Source of the DNA: Octopus sinensis
Taxonomy: Eukaryota
Direction: 5' to 3'
Length of the DNA: 64,000 bases
Assembly: GCF_006345805.1 (NCBI RefSeq)
Contig: NC_042998.1
Span: 111,228,001-111,292,000 of the forward strand
Numbering within the stretch: the stretch's first letter is position 1; each line of letters opens with the position of its first letter. Both the position numbers and the translations under genes were made by a program. Shown here one piece after another: positions 12,520 through 25,934 of the stretch. Below the pieces are notes generated by a model, which was given only the letters and a program-made list of their open reading frames with translations, had not been told where the DNA came from and made no database searches.

Positions 12520-12927
12520 GTATGTATGTATTTAGATAGATAGCTAGATAGGTCGACAGATGGATAAAGAAAGATATATAGATAGATAGACAGACAGACA
12601 TCTACATATATGCACGTATGCATATATACATATAAGTAAATACCAATATATAGTATATATGTATATAAACATATGTTTTTATATCTGTGTATATGAATAT
12701 ATGTCTTCTCTATATATGCGTGTGTGCATTATGTACGTATGTATGCATGTATGTATCTATGTATGTATTATGTATGTATGTAAGCCTCGGCTTAAGAATA
12801 AATGCTATATAATATAAAAACAAGAGTTTTCTTTCTGAAAAATATACAATTCTGCATAAGAATTATTACTCTAACACGACATGCCTGCACATATATTTCT
12901 TTGAGTGTATGTGCGTGCGAATGTATA

Positions 12928-12973
<46 letters not shown>

Positions 12974-13669
12974 CGCGTGTGTGTGTGTGTGTGTGTGTGC
13001 GTGTGTGTTTCTCTACATGCGTAAACATGATTTTCAACATGTAAGTCAGAAACGAGAAGAGACCTTTCTTTAAGTAACATTAAGCCATGCACCATATATG
13101 CTGCTTTCTCTAATTTCAATAACATTACATCTACCGGTGATTGTTTTACTTCTTATTTAGTCAATATTCTACAGAAATGGCAAGCTGTGTTGTGACATCA
13201 TTTCATAATTATGCATTTCAAACTTAATAATTTCTGGGGTACAACTCCTCCATGGAATACTTTGGCCTTGGAATTTTATACCTGTATCGGCCCTTAAAGT
13301 GCCAATGGAATGAAGAAAATATATTGGGAATTATCAGCTGTAGTATCAGAATCTTCCTTGCTTGAAGAAGCTTGAAAGACGCACATATTGATCGCTTACA
13401 TTTTATCAATCCCAGATGGATGAAATGAAAAATTGATCTCGAAGGGTTCTGAACTATAAATATTAATTGCTAAATGTTAATCTATTAATTTGTTTAGAAA
13501 ATTGTTTGTATTCATTATTTAAGCTCGTAAAAAGAAGGTTCACAGAGGATTGTTAATTTGCTACGTTGAGCTTCAATGTTAAAAGGTTGCGAATCACCCA
13601 TTCTGTTAAAAGGTTGCGAATCACCCATTCTAACTAGCAAATAAAGTAAACAGATTTTGCACTTAATGC

Positions 13670-14010
13670 TTGAGCTGCTAAAAACAGTAAGAAAGAAATA
13701 ATCAAACTATACCCTACCTTCTTTGAAAAGAAAGGAACCTACGGATAATGCAGTCCTAGACACACTCTTCTTTTAAATAATACGGGATTGTTCTCACTAG
13801 AAATTATTTTATCATACATCTTACCGATCTTGGCTGGTGAGGGACTAATTAACAAAGGCAATCATTTTTTGATCAAATGAAGCAGCTTTTACACCAGCAC
13901 ACTTGCTTCTTGAGAAAGCAGTCCAATCTAACCTCAAATGATACCCTACCGTCTTTGAAAAACGAAGAAAACATTGAATAATACATCCTTGGATACATTA
14001 TGCAATACAT
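13670..14010 (+). repeat. Two degenerate copies of a dispersed repeat; related pieces at ~23500-23590 (+) and ~43430-43620 (-)
   Basis: Recurrent GCAGCC/AAATC..TACCCTACC.TCTTTGAAAA..GATAAT..GTCCT..A.ACA motif. Confidence 0.5.
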
Positions 14011-17000
14011 CAGAATTATCATAGCAGGAAAGCTTTCATTCTAGGTCAGTTTCATTAAATTGCAGCTGGAGTTCTAAACAACAACACACTTTCTAACTAG
14101 TGATAACCTACAAATATACTCTTGTTTCATGCGAATTAAATTTTTCTTAATTAACATAGTTGTATTGCTATCATGCATAATCGCAACGCATTTCGCCATT
14201 TTTTTTATATCTACAGAGACTAACAAAGAAAGCCTCTAGCCAAATCACATCTCCTGTCGATTTACACACATGCATGAATACACGCACATACAGCACAAAC
14301 ACATACAACGTTTATGCTAGTCGAAACCGTCTACTATACTCCCTGGTATCTAAAATATAACCTACAGCAATCATGGCTAAAGCGCTTATGATCAAAGCCC
14401 AACTTAATCAGGACTTATATGAAGCTTAATTTCTACAGCAACAAACCTCTCTATTAAACATCGTCAGAGTAGTAACACTCAAAATTTGGACAAGACTTTA
14501 GTTTGGGGAAACGATTCTGTTTGTCTTTAGATGAACTGTAAAACTCGATGTAAATGTTGTTTTCATCAACCAAAGTCTAATAAGTATGAGAAGTATGTGA
14601 CCATACCATAATGTTTGTTTACGTGCCGTGAGAAGAAAATTTGTCTATTTTTTTTTTAAACTTTCAGAGAAGTCTTAGTGATGAATATTAAATAAAGTGT
14701 TATGAATAAATACTTATAAGAGTTTGGAGAATCTAGCTGAAATTAGAATTTTTCCAAGTTTATAAATGTTTAATATTTCTCGGAAACATTTTTCACCAAT
14801 AATCAACAAATAATTGATGCGGGAAATAAAAACATCTTTCAACCTTTGCTTCTGCCAGAAAAACACAGACAAGGTGGTCCTCTGAGACATGTAAAGTATA
14901 CTATTAGAAAATTACTGATATCTTCAAGTTTCAAATAAATTTTCAGTAATTAATCACTTGAAACAATAGAAGACTTAATATTCTTGGCTTTTAGCAAATT
15001 ATTTTCTAACGAATGCTATGATGTATGTACTATTTAATCAGAATTTAAATATAAACATAAGATATGTCAGAAATGATGAGATACTGCTGGTGGTGTGGAA
15101 ACTAATTTGAATTATTTTCAACAGACGAAAGGGCGAAAACTGTATATTTTTCATTTAACACGCAAATTCATCTCATCCAAATCTCATAAGAACTCTTCTA
15201 ATTTCCACAGAACCTATCAAGAAAAATACTTTGGAAATTCTGCAAATTATGTTGTCCAAATTATTTTTTTTTATATAATCGTAAAAATTCTGTCCTCCGA
15301 GCAACGATGAATATGTTTCGTTGATGAAGTCTAATAAAATTGTCTGCTGCTAACAAAGATTAATTTTCCCCTGCAAATATGAAACTTTTCTTTAAAACTA
15401 AATTTTCTTTTAAAATTATCTCCCATTACCTACTAAAGTCGCTAACAATTCAGACTATGCCCTTTTTTTTTTCTTCAGCTAGACATCTATCTGAATTATT
15501 TTTCGTACTTATGCAATTTCCTTTAACTCGCTTCTTATAACTATATATATTACAGTGGCGAAAACTCTTCCATACCCTTTTACTAGTCAGAAAAATTTCT
15601 TTCTACTGATCAAAGCCGGATTTAGAAAACTATAATTTACCGATTCCATCAATATTTCTAATAATAAAGATCACATGCTCCACCAAATATGAAAATAAAA
15701 TTTTTGTGAATTATATTCTGATGTTCCTAAAAGTATGCCCCATTATATCTTCGAGTCACTAACAATTATCAGTAGTTTTTTTTTGTTCTCCCTCTCCAAG
15801 AAGCAAAGTTTCAAATCCTTCAGATATTTTGTTTATATCATTGAGTACGTCAGCAGCAAACTAAAACAATAGACATTTATAAACGCTACTTGTAATTATA
15901 AGACATCCTGAATAACAGAGAAAATACGACGGGATTTTTAAGTGCGTTTGGTAAGATTCTGCAGTCGATGAGGACTTAGCATTAACACAACTATCCAAAC
16001 CTTGCATGCATTTATCAGAATATTGTTGCCAATATTCCGGTTCAGTCTCTAATTTAGAGATGGCTTCCTTCATTTCTTAAACAATCATAGATTTCCTCTC
16101 TATCTCAACCATTAAAAAATACATCATTTCCTGCTAAGATTATCTCTGAAAGCTGCTCCAATGCTCACTGCTTGCAGCGGTAAGGTCTACATTCTTATTC
16201 TGCTTATTTATATAAACGTTGATTGATTTATCATATATTAGACTAGATATTCTTCTTGATAATTACTGTCGTTGGTTATCTCAGTGAAAGAACACGGTTA
16301 AACAAACTTGCATAAAAACGTTTCAGCTGTAGTATTATCGTTTACATTTTGTAACGTTTTATTACTTTCTTTTTTTAATGTGGTAGGTGGTGTAAATATG
16401 AAGATCTAGCAGCTATTTCCAGCAATACAAACAACCCTTGTTCACTTTTCTTATATTACGATAAACAAAAGTCCAACAACAAAAAAACACTTACTTCAAA
16501 GCATTGTTCTCTCAACTGTTAGTGAAATAATCAGCTTTCTTTTATGATGTCTCTTTGAATCTATTAAAAGTGGGTCGATTATATTTGCAGTAGGAGTATA
16601 ACCGCGTCTACTTTTTAACAAATAATAATCAGCCATTAAAATGTAAATGTTCTCTCATTAAGCAACAACAAAGAAAAGTTAATTAATATCTTTCTGTCCC
16701 ATAATATTCATACCTAAGTAAATAACATCATAAATAAAAGAAATTATCCACGAAATTACAAAGTATTAAATTTCACATCGATAAAACATACTGTAAAAGT
16801 TACTTTATTTACTTTATTGAATCAGAGATAGAGGGTTTTTTTTGTTTTTAGATAAACGTTTGAAAAAAATCACTTGTTCTGATATATTATAGTAGTTATT
16901 TAAATATCACAATAGACTGGGTTATTTTCACAAGAAATAATAATGCCAAGTTAATGATGATTATCGCAAACGGAATAAAATAATAGTAAAGCTGTTTACT

Positions 17001-20000
17001 AGTTTTTAAATTCCTTAGTATCTCTGATGATCTTTCTAATGTACTGTGTCCGGTCATGATGATATTGTTTAGCCAATATATGATCAAAAGCAAACCAATT
17101 ATGGTGATATTGTCTTTGTAAGAGTAGGAGTGATTACATTATTTAATATGTCCTTTGTTTATTGAAGGTGTCAGGATTTGATTTGTGAGATTTGGGGAGA
17201 CAAAGAAGGCAAGAGACCACGTAGAAGCACTTTCGCTGGCACATGATATATATATATATATATCTGTATCCTGCTGCTCTGCATTTACGCTGTTCTGTTC
17301 ATACGGGCTATATTTTTCTGCTATTTCCTTTCTTGCTGTAACTATCATATAATTTATTTTTCTCCTTTTCTATTAGATGTCCAAGCCAAACAATATGAAA
17401 ATGAATGTAAATAATTTTCAACTCCATCGGAAGTATCTTGATGTTCATGTCTTTTATTATTTGTATCATCGATGCTTTTTAATGGCTGAGTGACATTACC
17501 GACATTCATAAATAGATACAAGTTATTGATGCTATTGCTTGATTCAAGCTTAATCTTGATCACACAGATCTATGATCAAAGACATCCAAACAATAACTCT
17601 CATCTTTTTGCCCAAGTGTTTATTGTCCTAGACTACGTCATTCACTGCTGCTTTTTAAAGGCCGAAGGGTGTGATTTAAGGGAGATTTTGCTACTGTGAA
17701 TCTCCCGCCATAGACGCTTAGATGTCGACTTGAATACTACCATGATAGAATTCGATCGATTCAACGGATTGCACTGGCCTTTCTTTTTAAAGATGAAGGT
17801 CGTTTTAAGTTAATTTGGGTGAATCTGATGTCAAATATTACATAGGTTTAATCTAACCCATCAACTTTTGGTAATTCCCATACAGAAGAAATGTTAAATT
17901 ACTCGGTTTTTGACAGTTTACGGAAATTATCAATGGAATCAAGTCATTGTTTCAAAGTATTTTATATATTCAAATCTGAAGTAATATCAACAAAACTTCT
18001 TTTATTTTCTGTTAAAGGGAAGCCTAGACTATTTCATAAAACGTTTTATTCTACGACCACCTCGTTACTATATTACACAAGAAGAATCAAAGAGTAAAGT
18101 TCTAAGCTGCAGAGAATGAAGGATACCTACACTACCATAATGTATGAATTACAGTATAGTGCAAGAAAATCTTAACCAGATTGATTCTAAAGTAGAGAAA
18201 ATATTTGATTAATTTCTTAAGATAAATGCCAACTAGCAATTATTTACTGAAAAGATTGTAAAGCAGATTAACTCCTTTTTATGAAAGATTATTATGAAGA
18301 TTGCAAATTGTGTTTCCAAGCCCTAGCAAACATGGAAAGGAGATATCCTGCAACCATTCGGGATACCTAAAAAATTGTCGTGAGAAGCTGAAATTACTCT
18401 AACGGAATAGGATGTCTAGAGATTTGAAAGCTAGCAACATACTTCTTGGTCAAGAAAACAGTTACAATAAATTCCTGTAAGGATTTCTTTTATAGAGGTC
18501 TCTTGCTAAAAGTTATCATAAGAAGAAGGATGTTGCGATATTGAAATGCATAAAATCTTCATGAACATCTCTCAAGAAAAATCCAGGAAAGGTCTTGTTC
18601 CCATCATTTCATATTAGATTATATCTGATAAAACATATTTATTTATGTCATAGATAAGATAGTTGGCTCTATCTAGAAAATATTCTGCTCTAATTCAAGA
18701 GAAATTGAGGGTACATACCTGTGATGAGCCTAAGATAAGAACAGAAATGAGATATGAGTTTACTTATAACTGTTGAGAAGATGTAAAAATATTTTTCGAT
18801 GATAAACGGAATCTGGAGAGCTTCAAAGTATTTTACTTTTCTTTCCTGAAGCTAGGATATAATATGGGATTTAAAGCACATTGCCTCCTCAGCTATTTAA
18901 TTTGTTTTGTCTTTTGTTGTTGTTTTTTGTTTTTCTTTTTTTCGTTGTTTGCCTATTTAGGAGATATTAGTGAGGAAGAAGGAAGAACGTTTTCAAGACA
19001 TACAAGACAGTGGGGAAAATAGTATACAGCTTTTGCAATACAATTATGTCACCAAAGGTTTCTGTGGCCTTTTAAAAGAAAAAAAAAAGTGACGAGGTCC
19101 AACAATCTAAAACGAGAAATCCCCTCCCCCTTAAAGAGGCTACTTGCTGACCCAAACTTTATTTTTAATCTATATCTTCAATTTTTGAATTAGCGTAAAA
19201 CGATAGAATTATTTGACTGTGTCGTGCACTTTTTCTCACAACATCGTGCTGTTTACTATCGTGTCATATCAATAATATATAATGTTTAATGCTGCAAGAA
19301 TTACTTTATCTGTGTAAGAAATTGTGTTAATTTTTAATAAGCTTTCACAACATTTGTCAAATTTCTATATATGTGTAATACATATGAACCTAATGAAGTA
19401 TGTAAATAAGAACTGAAAAAGTTATATCAATGAAATAGTTAATATGATTATAGTATCCTACTATATGACTGCAATGTTTGTTCTATCAATACGATGCTAG
19501 AATTTGAAAATTTTTTGTATACATTTGACACGCAAATTCTAAGAGCGAATTTGACTTTAATACTCCAAAACTAAATAAGATTGAATACTTTCGGTGTATT
19601 CTTTTGTAACTCTTATCAAATTGCAGTCCCGGATCATCCTTGTAATCAAAGAGTATTTATTAAAGTGGAAATTTCCAGAAATCAATATGTGCACGCTTTT
19701 ATAGTAGAGATATGTTTGAAACTTTGTGAAAATAAACTGGATTCTTATTGTGTGGAAGTGTGTAGCGATTCAAGGTGACAGAGTAACCCAGGAAATGGAT
19801 GTCACATTAGAATATATTGGGAAGCATTTATTGACCTTGTGTCTTCTGCTGATAATATAATCAATTCATATTTTCCTTTCATCCTTAAAATGATTAAATC
19901 TTTTCTAGCTATGAGTCCAATATTTTAATATTCTAACAAATGACCTTGGCTCTTTTGAATATAAACAAAGGTGAGAATTAAGAGAAGAAACCCAAATTAG

Positions 20001-20451
20001 AGAGTTCTAAAAAGCGCCACACAAATCAAAGCTAAAAATATTTTGATCCTATAATTTTCATCATCTGATCAGCTAATCACTAATGAGTACCATCAGTTAA
20101 ACACCACTGAATTTCGAATGAGATTATAGATTAGTATCAAAACATGACAAAATAAATGGCTCTCTAACAATGAAGTTCTACAAATAGCTTTCACTTAAAA
20201 CAGAGCAATTGAGCTGAATAAGGGACCATGTATATAGAATTTATTCAGATTGCCTACAATATTAAACTCCACTGTATAGCCATCGCTTGACATACATTGT
20301 TCGCACAAGATATTACGATCACTTTCACTCTTTCAGAAAGATAAAGTCATGTGAAATCAGTCATTTTTACCAATCACATTTCATTAAACATTTATTTCAA
20401 GTAATAGTTTGACTTCTTTCTACTTTGTTCATGAATCCACTTACAAAGTTT

Positions 20452-20483
<32 letters not shown>

Positions 20484-21271
20484 GATAGAGAGAGAGAGAG
20501 AGAGAAATAGAGATAGAGAGAGTGAGAGAGATAGACAGACAGACATAAAGACATACAAACAGACATATATCACGTGATCAAGAAGCCCATCAGATGATAT
20601 ACATCGCTGGTCACAATGCGCTTTCCATCGATTTAGCTTTCGAATAATGCCACTCCGCTGGCTGGGTGAAGATGCCAACGTTCCTCCTGATGAAAGGCTA
20701 GGATTTTTTCTCTTATGAGGTTTTAAACGCTAACTACTTGATAAATTCTTATAAAGATTTTATCCTATTTTTAAATTGTAATTTTAACCGGAGTATATTC
20801 AGTGCTGAATTTTATTCCGAAAAAACATGTTGTACCGAGGTGCAATTCGAAAAAGCCCGCCTTTTACATAAATGTATTAAGGGTGAACAATTCTGTATGC
20901 TACGCTGAATACATTGGCTGTTCATCTGGTATGTTGATTTTTGTTCATTCTTTTATAAATCTTGAATTATGCTTGCACTGAGGATTAAAAAGTGCATTTG
21001 TGCACTAATTATGAAATTATGTGATATGAAGCTAAATTCTGTTTTTAAGAGGCTTGCTTCGAGTGTTGCATTCCCTCGCATTCGGTACTATGAGTTTATT
21101 TATTTTGGTAGTTTTGACTTTAAGAGTCCCTCTAAGCGTGTGACATTTATGTATAGTAATGCCCTCACTATAAATAAATAAATTTGAGAGAAAAATTGAT
21201 GGATTTTTTCTCTTATGAGGTTTTTCACGCTAACTACTTGATAAATTCTTATAAAGATTTTATCCTATTTT

Positions 21272-21312
<41 letters not shown>

Positions 21313-21313
<1 letters not shown>

Positions 21314-21745
21314 TGCTGTGTGATTAAGAAGCTTCCAGTTTCCTATCTTCCGCAGGGTTTCCCTCACCTCTTCTCTTCCAATTGCACCGTAGTTCCATTC
21401 CCCAACAGGCATTCTCCACTCTCCTCTTACAACCACTATATTTTCCTCCCTTACATCCTCCACAGTCAACATCTCACTAAAATACCACTCGGTTTTGGAT
21501 TCAGTTCTTTAATATGATACTTTGGCCAAATGTATGCTACTATAGCCCCGGGCATACCTATACCTTTGGACAAAATTTAATAGAGAGAAGTCCGTCACAT
21601 ATATTTGTGTGTGTGTCTGTATGATTCTCTATGTCGCCATCTTGACAAGCAGTGTTAGCGTCCCCGTAACTTAGTGGTTCGACAAAAGAACCGATAGAAT
21701 AAAGTACTGGCGTCGATTTGATCGACTGACCCCTTCGATGTGGAA
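21313..21745 (+). mobile_element. tRNA-type SINE (family of 37175-37585), interrupted by a LINE fragment
   Basis: Head GCTGTGTGATTAAGAAGCTTC and body CTTGACAAGCAGTGTTAGCGTCCCCGTAACTTAGTGGTTCGACAAAAGAACCGATAGAATAAAGTAC match the copy at 37175. Confidence 0.7.
21336..21478 (-). mobile_element. Short R4/Dong-like RT N-terminal fragment
   Basis: Translates ...GAIGREEVRETLRKIGNWK, resembling the I..EEV...L.K..NWKAPG motif that precedes the RT in R2/R4-type elements. Confidence 0.5.
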
Positions 21746-23709
21746 CCCTACTAATTAGTTTTAGTGGAACTAAAACTAATTTCCAAAAGCATCTATTGAA
21801 ATTTTTTGTATATCTGTGAATTCAGCCAAATATTTATCTATTGATATTAGGAAAAATAGTACCTATGTTGGTTGAGACGTTGACAGAATAAGTGGAAGTG
21901 CGAAGCAGATGACTTTCCACTGCCTATTTGTTCGTTTTAGGTGATATTTTGCCAGGAGGAGAACTAATATAAGCACATGTAGAGTTCAATTCTAGTGAAT
22001 TGCGCAATTGTACGTTACACAATTATGATGACATATATTCATATATTCTGCCCCCTTTTCTGTTATTAATATCTGTTGTTGTAGTTCTTGTTGTTGTTAT
22101 TTCTTTTTGTTGGTTTTGCTACTGATTCTAGTGTTGCGTTGATGGACACTAGCAGAAGAAAAACAAAACAGTCAGCATTGATATCATATTCTCTCCCTCC
22201 TCCTCCCTCCCTCTCTCTTTCTCTCTCTCTCTCTCTCTCCGATTATTAATATTTTTATTTATACAATACTTTAAAACCCTGAGCCACCTCGTGTGTTAGA
22301 TATCAGCGAGAATGTCGTTTAATATTTATCTCAACTTCAGACTACTCTTTCTGTGATTGCCTATTTTGGTTTCACTACACCTATCCGCCACCTTTTTCTC
22401 TCTCTCTTTCTCTCTTTCTCTTCCTATTTCATTCTCCCTCTACCTTTACGATGATACGTCAGCAAAAAAAGAAAATTATATAGATAAACAGGATGCGAAG
22501 AAAAGGAATCAATAGAAAGGAAATACACCTTGCAGCTGTAGGATACGTCACAGACTAATATTGATATATTTATTAGAACGGACTCCAATCTAAACAGAAA
22601 GAAAACTTTCCCAGACTTACATTTATTTATATATTTGTTTTCAATGGGTGAAATAGACTCTTTATATTGTTGTTAGCAATACTATTTTACTTGCTGTTGT
22701 CATTACAAAATAGTGTGCAGTTGATGTTATTGCTGTTGTTATGGCGCCAATATTCTTGAATGTAGACTTACTGTTGTTTTTGTTGTAGTTGTTATTGTTG
22801 TTGCTGCTGTTGCTGCTGCTGCTGTTGTCGCCATCATCTTTTTTTCTTGTCCTCGTTCTCGAATATTATGTGGTTGTTGTCGATGGTTTTGTAGTGGTTG
22901 ACGTGACCATTCTTGAATATTGTTTCTGTTTCTATTAATGATGTAGTGCTGCTGCTGTTGTTGTTGCTATTGTTGTTGGTGGTGTTTTCTATTTTTTTTG
23001 TCTGTGTATGTATGTGATTTTCGTCTTCTCATGTTCACAAGTAACAAAGACTTACGATTCTTAACCGAAGATAAATAGCTTCACACGTTTACAAATAATG
23101 TTTCATTTTATTTTATCTTATTTTGTGTCTGTTTCATCATTCATATCGAAAGAGAGCCTAGACATACCAGAAGGCAGGCAAAGTATTAACTACATTAATA
23201 TGTGTTATATAGATATACAGATAGATTGATTGATAGATAGACAGATAGATACATACATACATACATGCATACATGCATACATACACACACTCACACACAT
23301 ATATACACATACGCATACAAGTATGTGTATGTGTATGTATGTGAATGGCATTAGAAATAGAAAGAAATTGATATAGCTAACATGATTAATTTTGCAATGT
23401 AATTATGAACCAAAACCATTTTCAGTCTCATGGACGCAAATACTTAGAAACTACCCACTAATGCACTCTATAAACTTCCATTGTCTCCAGTCTATACCAC
23501 CGAGCCTAAACGCGGTCATTTAAACTATAAGAAATAGTTACCAAATCTCCTTCAAAGAACACCATGATATCGTAACGTGTGTTATCAATAAATCTGTCTT
23601 TACACGTAAAATAATGCGCTCTCATACTAAAAAAAAGAAAGACAAAACTGAAACCTTGGAAGAACTTTAAGAATTCTTTTACTTTCTAATTTCTCTTTTC
23701 TTTAACTTA

Positions 23710-24060
23710 TTTCGTTCATTGGATTGCAGTGATACTGGGGCACCGCATTCAAGGATTTAGTCGAACAGATCTACTCCGGTAATTATTACTTCTATCAGTT
23801 TCTTTTAACGAACCACCATGTGACAACGATGTAAAGAAACTAACACCGGTTGTCAAGTAAGGTAACACAGATTAAAGAAATGCACTTTCATATAAGTTGG
23901 GCTTCCACACAGTTTTCGTCTACAAAAGTTTACTCACAAGCCATTGACTGGACCAGGCCTAGAGTAGAAGACGCTTGTCTAAGGAATCGCACAATGATAC
24001 TGAACCTGAAACCACGAGGTTCTAAAAGTTAATCCTTAACCACTCAGTCATTCCAGCACC
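23710..24060 (-). mobile_element. Degenerate tRNA-type SINE (family of 37175)
   Basis: Reverse complement of the TTGACAACCGGTGTT body, the GGTGCCCCAG tail and the GTGGTTAAG/GGTTCAGT head. Confidence 0.6.
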
Positions 24061-24894
24061 TATTGTTTTTGAAACATTATTACACAGATGCAGTTATATA
24101 TATAATACCCAATATCCATTGTAATATCTTCAATCATGCTTTTAGATTTGCTACGACATTTTCAGTATATTAATAATTTGGGTTTTTTTAGGTTTCAAAA
24201 ATTGAGAAAAAAAACGAGACGGACACGATTAGAACGCCTTTCGTCAATTTGAAATCAATAAGGGGTTAAAGAAATGCAACCTCAGATTTTTAAACAGTTA
24301 AACAGTTTCTCTTATAATACAAATCTTAAAAACACATACACTCGCACGCGCGTGCGAATGCATACACACACGCGTGAGAGCCCATCAACGAACGCACGAA
24401 TGCAAGAATGCATGTATGCACATACGCATGCATGCGCCCACACAAAACATCATTACTAAATGATAGCTACTTTTCATAAGCAACCTGCAGGATAACTCTA
24501 ATGTGCTATAAAATCGCTACACTTAAAAATCTTTTTCAAACCTTGCTATATATCCAATATGATTGATTGATTGATTCCAGTTTCAGCTTATGAGCTGTGG
24601 CCATGCTGGGGCACCGCCATTTTCAGTGAAGAACATATTTATATTTATATTTGGGTAAACTCCACCGCAGTTTATCAGTATATTGTGCTTCCATTGGTCC
24701 TTTCGGAGAAGAAAAATACAAAGAATATAAAAATTCTCTTAGTCTTAAATTTTAGATGAACAGTATCGAGATAAAAAGCGCTGTAATAATATTAAGGGAA
24801 ACAGCTGAAAATAATGAAGAGATACTCTAAAGATAACACAATTCTTTCCTTTTTTTTCTCTTTTAGGTCTGAAGTAATAATATTAACAGAAATT

Positions 24895-25060
24895 ATAGTC
24901 GACATCAGTAGTTGACTTACATTTTATTTTATCGGCTCTGAAAGCATTAGAAACCAAAGCTGGCCTTGGTGAGGTTTCAACTAATAGCGTAAAGAGACGG
25001 AAGAAATGCAGTGAAGCATTTTGTCCGAGGCACAAACGATTCTGTCATTATGCCGCCTTT
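24895..25060 (-). mobile_element. Degenerate SINE (family of 27581)
   Basis: Reverse complement of the GGCGGC..GCAGAATCGTT..GGACAAAATGCTT head and the CCGATAAAATAAAATGTAAGTC core. Confidence 0.55.
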
Positions 25061-25934
25061 ACAACAGAATTAATAATTAAAGTGCGTATGGCTGCATTGG
25101 GTACCTTAAACAAATATAACTGTGTGAAGCACCTTGTATCTTCTATGATACCTACGTATTGATCAACAATTTGTGACTGCTATTTGTTGCTCGAAATAAA
25201 TGGGCTGAAACCAGCTGAATGGACGGTATCCGTTGATAGGCAGACTTACCATGTTACTTGCTTTAACATCACTACTTGTGTCTCGGGTAACTCTAGCAGA
25301 TTTCAGTCAGTCTTTTGAAAGCATTTAAACCAAGTTTCTAATCGATATTTCAATGTATTCCATTTCACTGCAATAATTTATTTATTGTGATTTCGCCCAG
25401 TCATATCTATCTTGGAGGCCTAGCTTATTGGCGCGGCTATTCGTCCAAGTCCCATGTAACAATAGTTGTTTATTCTAACAAATAGCCCTAAATAAGCAAT
25501 TCAGAAAAAATTGGCAAGAAAACGAGAGAGAAAGCATTAAAGAGCAACTGTGACAGCAACATAAGCATCAAGTCCCAATCTAATGATCACCAACAAATAC
25601 AGCTCGTTGCTTATTGCTGCTGTCATGGTAATGGTTTTTGCTTTAGTGAATTTGTGGACAACTGAGGTGTTTTACCTACTGTTGCTTGTTTGTTGTTTGT
25701 TTTTTTCTAACATACCGTTGCTGACGCTGTGATTGTTGTTGCTATTGTTGTGGTTGTAGCTGTACCGTTGTTGTTGTCACTGCCAGTACTCTTGATAGCC
25801 CTGTTGGTCGCTTACCTCTGTGGTAAAATGTGTTGACTTTTAATTTGTTTCATTTTCAAAATGACCTTCCATTTTCCTCCCTGGCTGACTCGCTAGCAAG
25901 GAAGAAACTGTGCAAGCTGGATGGATATTCTAAT

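Noticed and set aside
14400-16150. Old coding-like remnant on the minus strand (LEDIMGHTFRN; REEIYDCLRNEG)
   Set aside because: Too many stops and no motif I can assign; the RNase III-like look of LEDIMGHTF is not followed by the rest of that signature.
20680-20720. CTGATGA as a hammerhead core (also 2111, 17024, 37554)
   Set aside because: No complementary helix II or downstream GAAA-NUH in register.
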